From IMG/VR virus record IMGVR_UViG_3300008262_000013: 64,000 bases of DNA; one strand, 5' to 3'. The notes beneath the pieces were generated by a model. The model did no database searches, was not told where the DNA came from, and saw only the letters and a program-made list of their open reading frames with translations. Source of the DNA: a virus (lineage: Duplodnaviria > Caudoviricetes). The position numbers were made by a program, and so were the translations under genes. This document shows, piece after piece, positions 57,141 to 63,530 of the stretch (positions are counted from its first letter, which is position 1; every line of letters begins with the position of its first letter).

Positions 57141-57305
57141 ATGATTATTTATAGAGAATTGCCCTTGGAGGAGAAAGATCGTTTAGCTCAGGAGTTTATA
57201 GAGACAACGGTTGATTTGCCGAGTCCCGATAATTATCCGAAGGTAGTACAGACTATGTTTCGATTTTTCCTTTATAGTAAAGGTGTAATGGTGCAGAATG
57301 ACTAA
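57141..57305 (+). CDS. Hypothetical protein (54 aa)
   Basis: Below the cutoff; AGGA upstream; PSPDNYPK; back-to-back with the minus-strand ORF. Confidence 0.5.
   Translation: MIIYRELPLEEKDRLAQEFIETTVDLPSPDNYPKVVQTMFRFFLYSKGVMVQND
57146..57153 (-). promoter_or_regulatory. T4-type late promoter TATAAATA
   Basis: Plus strand TATTTATA; minus strand reads TATAAATA-ATCAT-ATG. Confidence 0.6.
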
Positions 57306-57438
57306 TTATATAATATTAGTGTTATTACTTTCAGGTTGTGCCTCGCCGTATCAATTGAGAGTGATATCTGTATCTGATAAACCGACCCATCATTGTATAG
57401 AGAAAAACCGTATAATTTGCGAGTATAGAACAAAATGA
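57298..57438 (+). CDS. Small lipoprotein (46 aa)
   Basis: Below the cutoff; lipobox LLSGC, two further Cys, ATGA overlap with pal. Confidence 0.55.
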   Translation: MTNYIILVLLLSGCASPYQLRVISVSDKPTHHCIEKNRIICEYRTK

Positions 57439-57989
57439 AAATTCAAATAATTCCCTTAGTGTTATGTTTAACGGCCTGTTCAACGGTGTCATTGAAGGAT
57501 GTATCTAAAGGTAGTAATGAGAATAATGATGCCCCTCCCATAGTGGAGAATCGAACGAAAAAGAATAATTCGGGTGTGACGGTGGAGGTAGACACTGATG
57601 CTCGAATAGAGGTGAGAAAAATTGATATACCGAAACGGAATGACCCTAATGGTATTTTTCGTGATTATTTAATTTATTTTGATTTGGATGAGTATACGGT
57701 ACAGGACAAATTTTTACCTTTACTGAAGCAGCATGCCGAGTTTTTGGTGAAGAATCCGGATGAGTTTGTTTTTATAGAGGGGCATACTGATGAACGGGGT
57801 GGTGCAGAGTACAATTTAGCATTAGGTCAGAGAAGGGCTAATGCTGTGAAGGTTGTATTGATGAATTATGGAGTTTCTGAGAAACAAGCTGAGGCATTTT
57901 CTTATGGGTCGGAAAAACCCCGTATTATAGGTTCGAATGAGGAAGCTTGGAGTGAGAATCGCCGAGTGGAATTATACTATAGGAATTGA
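57435..57989 (+). CDS. pal: Peptidoglycan-associated lipoprotein (OmpA-C/Pal-like)
   Basis: Lipobox LTAC, IYFDLD, IEGHTDERG..EYNLALGQRRA, SYGSEKP, NRRVE. Confidence 0.85.
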   Translation: MKIQIIPLVLCLTACSTVSLKDVSKGSNENNDAPPIVENRTKKNNSGVTVEVDTDARIEVRKIDIPKRNDPNGIFRDYLIYFDLDEYTVQDKFLPLLKQHAEFLVKNPDEFVFIEGHTDERGGAEYNLALGQRRANAVKVVLMNYGVSEKQAEAFSYGSEKPRIIGSNEEAWSENRRVELYYRN

Positions 57990-57990
57990 G

Positions 57991-58161
57991 ATGAAAAATC
58001 CTGTTACTGAGAGAATCAAGGAATATTTGTTGTCTGGTGGTTTATTCAACCCTGAACTTATGGAGCATCAAAAAGTCCGTGATTTACTGGTCGAGGCAGC
58101 CGCAGAGATAAAGAGGCTGGAAGAATATGAGTGGATGTATAAGGAGTTAAATGATGAGTGA
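57991..58161 (+). CDS. Hypothetical protein
   Basis: ATG 57991 with AGGA upstream. Confidence 0.5.
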   Translation: MKNPVTERIKEYLLSGGLFNPELMEHQKVRDLLVEAAAEIKRLEEYEWMYKELNDE

Positions 58162-58345
58162 ACCGAAAAGTTGGGTAGTAAATGAACTGCCGAATGGTGA
58201 TTTAGTATATCAAGATACTATTTGGTGGAGTTTCGATGATTGGAAGAAAGGTAAAAATCCTATACGCACGAATTGGGATGATCCACCGAATGTGCGATTT
58301 ACCTTTGATATTAACGGCAACCTAAAGAATGTGGAAAAGTTATGA
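58151..58345 (+). CDS. Hypothetical protein
   Basis: AAGGAG Shine-Dalgarno. Confidence 0.55.
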   Translation: MMSEPKSWVVNELPNGDLVYQDTIWWSFDDWKKGKNPIRTNWDDPPNVRFTFDINGNLKNVEKL

Positions 58346-58587
58346 AAGCATTATATAAGAGTACCAGGGTTGTGTATGATGCTCATTTGAAGGAGTATCA
58401 GGTGTACTATAAGAACTGGTTTATCTGGAGGTATGATTCTTGTTATAAATTTGATGATCAAACAACGAAATATCCTGTGCATTATAGCTCTGAAGAATCC
58501 GCCAAAGAGCGTGCAATTTATCGTGCTAAGAGTATGTTGAATAGTGTAGAGGTTTGGAAGGGTACACAATATTGGGGAACTGAATGA
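58342..58587 (+). CDS. Hypothetical protein
   Basis: ORF track. Confidence 0.5.
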   Translation: MKALYKSTRVVYDAHLKEYQVYYKNWFIWRYDSCYKFDDQTTKYPVHYSSEESAKERAIYRAKSMLNSVEVWKGTQYWGTE

Positions 58588-58820
58588 GTTTACTGCCTTG
58601 TCCGCAATGTGAAAGTGAAGCGGAGATTTTTGCTACGGGTACTTCCGAATGCTATGGCTGGGCATGGCAAACCTATGGAGTAAGATGCACTGACACCAAA
58701 GGTAAGCACTGCGGCATGGAACTGAGTATGGTTGCAGATTATTCATATGTCGATATCCACGATGATTACTGGGAAGAACTCTGGAACAATTTACCCGTGA
58801 GAGCAAAAGAGAGAAAATGA
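58584..58820 (+). CDS. Zn-finger protein resembling Lar restriction-alleviation proteins
   Basis: LLPCPQC.SEA...VRC....HCG...W....WN. Confidence 0.5.
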   Translation: MSLLPCPQCESEAEIFATGTSECYGWAWQTYGVRCTDTKGKHCGMELSMVADYSYVDIHDDYWEELWNNLPVRAKERK

Positions 58821-59014
58821 ACGACCGAATAAAAGAACTATTATCACAGGCTGGTGTACACTATGAGGTGATGCCCAAGGACACGGTACATGAAAAATTT
58901 GCTGAGTTAATCATAAAGGAATGTGCTGACCTGTTCAAACTGACCTTCACCGATGAGCAGTACCAGAGGCGTATAGATAAGACCATCTATAAGCACTTTG
59001 GACTAGACCAATGA
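58817..59014 (+). CDS. 'IIxEC' family small protein
   Basis: MNDRIKELLSQAG...FAELIIKEC...KHFG. Confidence 0.6.
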   Translation: MNDRIKELLSQAGVHYEVMPKDTVHEKFAELIIKECADLFKLTFTDEQYQRRIDKTIYKHFGLDQ

Positions 59015-59193
59015 AAATAATCAAAGTATCTCATAATGCTACACAAATAGCGATTACCGTACAGACTGATACCGAATACCAGATCCACCTGTATAATGAG
59101 AATGGGTACGTAGAACTCCATAGTAGAGCCGATACCCTTGAAACCGCATTAGAATATCACCAACACCTTTGCGAGAAATGTAGTATCAAATAG
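59011..59193 (+). CDS. Hypothetical protein
   Basis: ORF track. Confidence 0.45.
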   Translation: MKIIKVSHNATQIAITVQTDTEYQIHLYNENGYVELHSRADTLETALEYHQHLCEKCSIK

Positions 59194-59200
59194 ACAATTG

Positions 59201-59215
59201 TTGTCAAAAAGACAA
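59201..59215. promoter_or_regulatory. Putative operator TTGTC-AAAAA-GACAA
   Basis: 5-bp inverted repeat 3 nt upstream of a -35 box; sister site at 60466. Confidence 0.4.
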
Positions 59216-59218
59216 TGG

Positions 59219-59247
59219 TTGCCAAATCCACCGTTTTATGAGATAAT
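59219..59247 (+). promoter_or_regulatory. Early sigma70-like promoter
   Basis: TTGCCA-17-GATAAT (TG-extended), followed by the leader ccatactgagagaggtt. Confidence 0.6.
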
Positions 59248-59274
59248 TACTCCATACTGAGAGAGGTTATCAAA

Positions 59275-59469
59275 ATGACTACACCAATTTGTCCTTGTTG
59301 TTCTACCGCACTTGTTCCGCGAGTATTTGCCGGGTACTATGACCGATTTACTTGCTGGACTTGCGCCTGTACTGATTCCGATACCTTGATTCCCGGCTCG
59401 ACTATTCTTGCTGGTGGGTATGGGTGGGGAACTACTGGCGACCTTGCAACCGCTGATGATTTAGGGTGA
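59275..59469 (+). CDS. Small Cys-rich protein
   Basis: CPCC...CWTCAC; GAGAGG Shine-Dalgarno. Confidence 0.55.
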   Translation: MTTPICPCCSTALVPRVFAGYYDRFTCWTCACTDSDTLIPGSTILAGGYGWGTTGDLATADDLG

Positions 59470-59473
59470 TAAA

Positions 59474-59632
59474 ATGAACAAAGTTTTTATTGTAGTAGAA
59501 CCGATACCATATGAGGGCGATACCGTCCTCCGTGTATTTGCAAAGTATGATGATGCTATTGCCTATGGTGAAGCACTAGTTGCTGAGAATACTATAGAGG
59601 AATTCGATGTATATGAGCGTGAGGTGTATTGA
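59474..59632 (+). CDS. Hypothetical protein (52 aa)
   Basis: Below the cutoff; KVFIV..YEG..V..VF pattern. Confidence 0.55.
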   Translation: MNKVFIVVEPIPYEGDTVLRVFAKYDDAIAYGEALVAENTIEEFDVYEREVY

Positions 59633-59868
59633 TGGGTACTTATCGTAGATTCTGTTATACTACAATACAAAAAGACCGAAAAGGTCGTATATATGCTGAA
59701 GTTGAACATGGCCGTGGAGGTGAAGTGTTTAATGTATATGCTGATGGTACAGTATTGCTGAAAGAGAACAAAAAACTCTATTCAACAAAAGACTATAATA
59801 GTACCTTTGTAAGCCATATCCGATACCATGGTAAAAAATCACTTAAATATGCTCTTGGAGTATACTAA
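59632..59868 (+). CDS. Hypothetical protein
   Basis: GAGGTG Shine-Dalgarno. Confidence 0.5.
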   Translation: MGTYRRFCYTTIQKDRKGRIYAEVEHGRGGEVFNVYADGTVLLKENKKLYSTKDYNSTFVSHIRYHGKKSLKYALGVY

Positions 59869-60263
59869 TGAAAAAGAAAATTATTGATATATCGAAGCGT
59901 CCAAAATGCTCCCATCCAGGTTGCAATAACCCTGGACAGCATACGGGAAATTACCGTAAAGACGGCACTCCACTTTTCCGTAAACAATGCCAAAAACACC
60001 ACGGTATACGCTATGAAATTGGGGGATGGGAATATAAACAATACCGTAAAGATTATTGTGAGAATAAAGACGGCCGATTAGGGTTTAAGTGTAATTATAA
60101 GATCCGTATAGAGGGTCAATTACAAGTAGACCATAAGAACGGCAATCCATCAGATAACCGTAAAAGAAACCTCCAAACATTGTGTGCGAACTGCCACACC
60201 TTTAAAACGCTAATGAATAAGGACTATAGTAGTCCAGGACGCAAGTATTATAAGACCGCATAG
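59868..60263 (+). CDS. HNH endonuclease
   Basis: QVDHKNGNPSDNRKRNLQTLCANCH; N-terminal C..C/C..H. Confidence 0.88.
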   Translation: MKKKIIDISKRPKCSHPGCNNPGQHTGNYRKDGTPLFRKQCQKHHGIRYEIGGWEYKQYRKDYCENKDGRLGFKCNYKIRIEGQLQVDHKNGNPSDNRKRNLQTLCANCHTFKTLMNKDYSSPGRKYYKTA

Positions 60264-60465
60264 AGAACCGAAGTATAGTGCATCCAGTGTATAGGAACAT
60301 GCAATATAATGCACTTTAGTGGGATAAAGTGGGATTTTGTGTCACGGAACGCTACGCAAACGCACTAGCTGGACGTAGCGAAAAATGCGAGGTTATTCGA
60401 GAAGCAACGGGTAGTCTAAAATCCATGTCATTTCTGTAACTTATCAGAGTGTCAACGAGATTTCC

Positions 60466-60480
60466 TTATCTTTTTGATAA
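60466..60480. promoter_or_regulatory. Putative operator TTATC-TTTTT-GATAA
   Basis: Reverse complement TTATC-AAAAA-GATAA matches the 59201 site architecture. Confidence 0.4.
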
Positions 60481-60492
60481 CATTCTGAGGGC

Positions 60493-60520
60493 TTGCCATC
60501 CTTGCCGAAACCTGTATAAT
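60493..60520 (+). promoter_or_regulatory. Early sigma70-like promoter
   Basis: gcTTGCCA-16-TATAAT (aacctgTATAAT), followed by ccatactgagagaggtt. Confidence 0.7.
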
Positions 60521-60596
60521 TGACCATACTGAGAGAGGTTTTGCCCGTCACGGAGGGGGGGGGTAAAGTTTCATTCCTGACAACACCAAATAATGC

Positions 60597-60624
60597 TTGC
60601 CATTCCTACCGAAACCTGTACAAT
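60597..60624 (+). promoter_or_regulatory. Early sigma70-like promoter, leaderless candidate
   Basis: tgcTTGCCA-16-TACAAT; ATG 6 nt downstream. Confidence 0.7.
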
Positions 60625-60630
60625 AGAGTC

Positions 60631-60903
60631 ATGGTTAAGAGAAAAGACAAATTCGATATAAGTGAGGCCTGCGGTTGGTTAGGTATGGTCTTGATTCACG
60701 CTGCAACCCTTCCTACTAGTCTTGGAGTGATTCTGGGATATAGTGATAAGTTGCCTCCTTTGAGCATGGTTCTGTTAGTCTGGAGTGGATTGTTTCTGTT
60801 CCTGATCCGTGCCTTGGCTCGAAGTGATAAACTGTATATTATCAGTAACGCTGTTGGTTTCTTCTTTAACAGCATACTACTGGCTCTAATAGTGTTTAAA
60901 TAA
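60631..60903 (+). CDS. Three-TM protein, PQ-loop/SemiSWEET-like
   Basis: GWLGMVL..ATLP, P..MVLLVW.GL, D.LYII.NAVG; ATG 60631 preferred over TTG 60520. Confidence 0.45.
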   Translation: MVKRKDKFDISEACGWLGMVLIHAATLPTSLGVILGYSDKLPPLSMVLLVWSGLFLFLIRALARSDKLYIISNAVGFFFNSILLALIVFK

Positions 60904-60909
60904 GGAATA

Positions 60910-61077
60910 ATGATGTATACCTGTAATGAAAGAAAATTCAAGACGCTGAGAGCCGCTGTGGCTTATGCTACGAAGGCATGGAGGAAGACTGGCGTGACAC
61001 CGAGTATTGAGCCTGTGGTGGTGCTGAACAAAAACCCTGGCTATATTGCTTACCTTGCAAATGGAATGAAACTATGA
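60910..61077 (+). CDS. Hypothetical protein (55 aa)
   Basis: Below the cutoff; AAGGA Shine-Dalgarno. Confidence 0.5.
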   Translation: MMYTCNERKFKTLRAAVAYATKAWRKTGVTPSIEPVVVLNKNPGYIAYLANGMKL

Positions 61078-61316
61078 AAAATTTAGAATGGGAAATCCAG
61101 GCCTACGGGTCTCCGAAAGATGATATTCTGGAGTCTGTACAGGATTCTCTGACTTTTAAACTAAGTGGTCCTGGCATGGTAGTGGCTAGTTATCTGTCGG
61201 ACGCCCAGGAGTTGATTGCTTCTAATCAGTCTGGTACCAATGAAATTGCTCGCCAGTATATCAATATAGCTAAAATGATTATGATGGAATTTGAGCTGGG
61301 CTTTAATCCGCGATGA
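61074..61316 (+). CDS. Hypothetical protein
   Basis: SYLSDAQE...INIAK pattern. Confidence 0.55.
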   Translation: MKNLEWEIQAYGSPKDDILESVQDSLTFKLSGPGMVVASYLSDAQELIASNQSGTNEIARQYINIAKMIMMEFELGFNPR

Positions 61317-61624
61317 GAAAAAAACGAAATGACCGAAATTATGTACTATATCAAATTGTTTGGCCGGATAGCGGTGACAGCTATATTGGCCTTACTGTTG
61401 CTTCCGGCCGTGCTTTTCTACGCTCTGTTAAGGTCCGTGTCCAAAAGCACCTATCCCGAGCTAAGTGTGAATCTAAAAATTGGGAGCTCTGTAACTTTAT
61501 ACGCCAGAACCCGGAAGTAGAACTGTACTATGAGGTACTGGAAGTGGTGCGAGGCCGTAAGCCAGCCTACCAGAGGGAACGAGAACTGATATCAGAATTG
61601 CAACCTTCCCTGAATACCTTTTAA
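61313..61624 (+). CDS. GIY-YIG-like nuclease
   Basis: YVLY..DSYIGLT..R...H..RERELI..P.LN. Confidence 0.7.
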   Translation: MRKKRNDRNYVLYQIVWPDSGDSYIGLTVASGRAFLRSVKVRVQKHLSRAKCESKNWELCNFIRQNPEVELYYEVLEVVRGRKPAYQRERELISELQPSLNTF

Positions 61625-61627
61625 TGC

Positions 61628-61655
61628 TTGCCAAAACCCAGGTTACCTGTATAAT
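61628..61655 (+). promoter_or_regulatory. Early sigma70-like promoter
   Basis: tgcTTGCCA-16-TATAAT, followed by ctgttgagtgagatt. Confidence 0.7.
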
Positions 61656-61689
61656 GGTACCTGTTGAGTGAGATTAATTGGAGATTCAA

Positions 61690-61773
61690 ATGATTGCATT
61701 TTTAGTAATTACTTTTGCGGTTTTGGTGCTGGTGGGTGTACTGGCCGGTTCTACTGTTACTACCTTGGGTTAA
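61690..61773 (+). CDS. 27-aa hydrophobic peptide
   Basis: GGAGA Shine-Dalgarno right after the promoter; MIAFLVITFAVLVLVGVLAGSTVTTLG. Confidence 0.5.
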   Translation: MIAFLVITFAVLVLVGVLAGSTVTTLG

Positions 61774-61778
61774 TTGTC

Positions 61779-61877
61779 ATGATTGAATTAGAACCGATTG
61801 TTTTCCTTTTTGTAATTGTTGCACCTTTTGTAATGGCCTATATCCTCTGGGATGCTCTGGAAGATCGCCGCAAATAG
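61779..61877 (+). CDS. 32-aa single-TM peptide
   Basis: MIELEPIVFLFVIVAPFVMAYILWDALEDRRK. Confidence 0.45.
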   Translation: MIELEPIVFLFVIVAPFVMAYILWDALEDRRK

Positions 61878-61880
61878 TGC

Positions 61881-61909
61881 TTGCCACGCCGGCGGTAATT
61901 TGATATAAT
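61881..61909 (+). promoter_or_regulatory. Early sigma70-like promoter
   Basis: tgcTTGCCA-17-TATAAT with TG extension, followed by gtgttgagtttgaga. Confidence 0.7.
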
Positions 61910-61937
61910 GACGGTGTTGAGTTTGAGAAAATACTAA

Positions 61938-62162
61938 ATGATAGATATTAATGATTATGCAAGTCCTCCATGGGAGACCAGTCTGTTCAAAGGTATTCCG
62001 ATGGCTGAAATTGAGACGGTCCGAGAACTGATGAAACAGAGAGGACTCAATTATAGATTCCGCTTCCGTGGTCCTAGACCTTCCAGGAAGTATCAGAGCT
62101 ATATTCCGAAAACAATGGCGACCACCTTTGCGGTGTACGATAATGATTATAGACCATATTAA
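61938..62162 (+). CDS. Hypothetical protein
   Basis: RFRFRGPR motif; first gene after the promoter. Confidence 0.55.
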   Translation: MIDINDYASPPWETSLFKGIPMAEIETVRELMKQRGLNYRFRFRGPRPSRKYQSYIPKTMATTFAVYDNDYRPY

Positions 62163-62319
62163 TACAGAGCTTCAGTACCTAGCCCAGGATTACTATGAGG
62201 ATCAGTCCACCCTTGCATGGGAAGGAATGATGGAGGAGATGTATGGCTCCGATCCGAGGTGGTCTGGAAACGACTGGGACTGGAATGAAGGTTTATGGTA
62301 TTGGGAGAATGTTAAATGA
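62143..62319 (+). CDS. Acidic Trp-rich peptide (58 aa)
   Basis: ATG 62143; 13 Asp/Glu, 2 Lys/Arg, 6 Trp. Confidence 0.45.
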   Translation: MIIDHINTELQYLAQDYYEDQSTLAWEGMMEEMYGSDPRWSGNDWDWNEGLWYWENVK

Positions 62320-62519
62320 TTGAAAATATTAGTGAATTTGTAAGAATCCGTACCGAGGGTTCACCTTTCGAAGTTGCAAATGATGTAATTGTCGAAGTGT
62401 TAAGAGATGGAGAATGGACGTATTATTCAGGTTATAACAGCTTGTCAAATGATTACGCTTTTTCAAGTGCTCGAGAAGCTGCTGTCCGGGCAGGAAAAGT
62501 GCTTGACATTTCCGCCTAA
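62316..62519 (+). CDS. Hypothetical protein
   Basis: GYNSLSNDYAF..AREAA pattern. Confidence 0.55.
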   Translation: MIENISEFVRIRTEGSPFEVANDVIVEVLRDGEWTYYSGYNSLSNDYAFSSAREAAVRAGKVLDISA

Positions 62520-62530
62520 ACCTGTATAAT
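62503..62530 (+). promoter_or_regulatory. Early sigma70 promoter
   Basis: tgcTTGACA-16-TATAAT, followed by ctgttgagtgagatt. Confidence 0.75.
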
Positions 62531-62576
62531 AGGTTCTGTTGAGTGAGATTTAGATTAATTATTAGGAGTTAATATT

Positions 62577-62885
62577 ATGAAAACAATGAAAGAATTGCTG
62601 GCGGAAAAACGCACCGCTCTGAAAACCCTGCGTTATGAGATCAAAACCCTGGCCGAGAATGTGAAGGCTGACAAGTTGTCCGCGAAGCTTGCGAAAGTTG
62701 CAGCTAAAGAATCCAAGGCTGCTGCGAAAGCTGAAAAAGCTGTGGCTCGCGAAGCTAAAAAAGCAGAGCGTATCGCTAAGTTGGAAGCTAAACTTGCGGC
62801 GATGAAAGCTCCGAAAGTGGGTCTTGCTGCAAAGAAAATGGCTCGCAAGCCTAGTCCTGTTACTGTTATTCAAATGAGCGCTTAA
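62577..62885 (+). CDS. Lys/Ala-rich histone-H1-like basic protein
   Basis: AAKESKAAAKAEKAVAREAKKAE..; AGGAG Shine-Dalgarno; host-like codons. Confidence 0.6.
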   Translation: MKTMKELLAEKRTALKTLRYEIKTLAENVKADKLSAKLAKVAAKESKAAAKAEKAVAREAKKAERIAKLEAKLAAMKAPKVGLAAKKMARKPSPVTVIQMSA

Positions 62886-62886
62886 A

Positions 62887-63204
62887 ATGAAAGCATTATT
62901 TACCACACAAGTTTACGAGAATTACGCCTGGCGTGAAGATGGTACAATCGGTACCGGTCCTGATTCCTACTGGAAGGCAAAGGGTGGTGACGAGTACGTG
63001 GTCCTGAATGTGAACAAAGACCAGGTGTTCGAAATCCTGGAGAAGGTCAGCCTGCAAATCGAGCGGAATGACGATTACATTCAGGAGACAATTGTGAATC
63101 TCCAGGTGGTGGAAGATGACTACCTCACCGATTATGAGCGAGACCAGCTGGAGTATGACGGCACAATCCAATTTCCCGCAAAGGTGATAGAATGGCAAAG
63201 CTGA
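62887..63204 (+). CDS. Hypothetical protein
   Basis: TQVYENY..YWKAKGG.EY pattern. Confidence 0.6.
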   Translation: MKALFTTQVYENYAWREDGTIGTGPDSYWKAKGGDEYVVLNVNKDQVFEILEKVSLQIERNDDYIQETIVNLQVVEDDYLTDYERDQLEYDGTIQFPAKVIEWQS

Positions 63205-63353
63205 AAAACTTCCTGAATGAATTGTCTGAGATGCTTGCTGACGGCTACACTATAGCACAAGTAGCTGACTTTACAGGTCTACCGCAGGACGTGGTATTTG
63301 ATATAGCTCAGCGGTACAGTCTGATGGAGCCAGAGCCCACTATACTACAGTAG
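63192..63353 (+). CDS. Small HTH-like protein (53 aa)
   Basis: Below the cutoff; G.TIAQVADFTGLP..VV; AAGGTG Shine-Dalgarno. Confidence 0.45.
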   Translation: MAKLKNFLNELSEMLADGYTIAQVADFTGLPQDVVFDIAQRYSLMEPEPTILQ

Positions 63354-63530
63354 CGCTCAGGAGCTGGAACGAAAACGCTAAAAACGGCAGAGGGAAGGAG
63401 TCCTCTAGAAGCAGACTACAGTTCGTATAAGGATCCTTAGCTCTGTTACTTTGGATGATTTTCGAATCCCTCCAAGAAATGTCACTAAAATTTTTTTCCG
63501 GTATCCGGAACAGTCTAGGAGTCGATTGAG

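Noticed and set aside
60520-60630. TTG start at 60520 for the membrane protein
   Set aside because: It lies within the -10 box of a promoter and the extension spans another promoter; ATG 60631 fits better.
63304-63474. tRNA-like fragments TAGCTCAGCGGTA (63304) and TTCGAATCCCTCCA (63461)
   Set aside because: They are 150 nt apart, D- and T-stems do not pair, and the first lies in a coding frame; no cloverleaf can be built.
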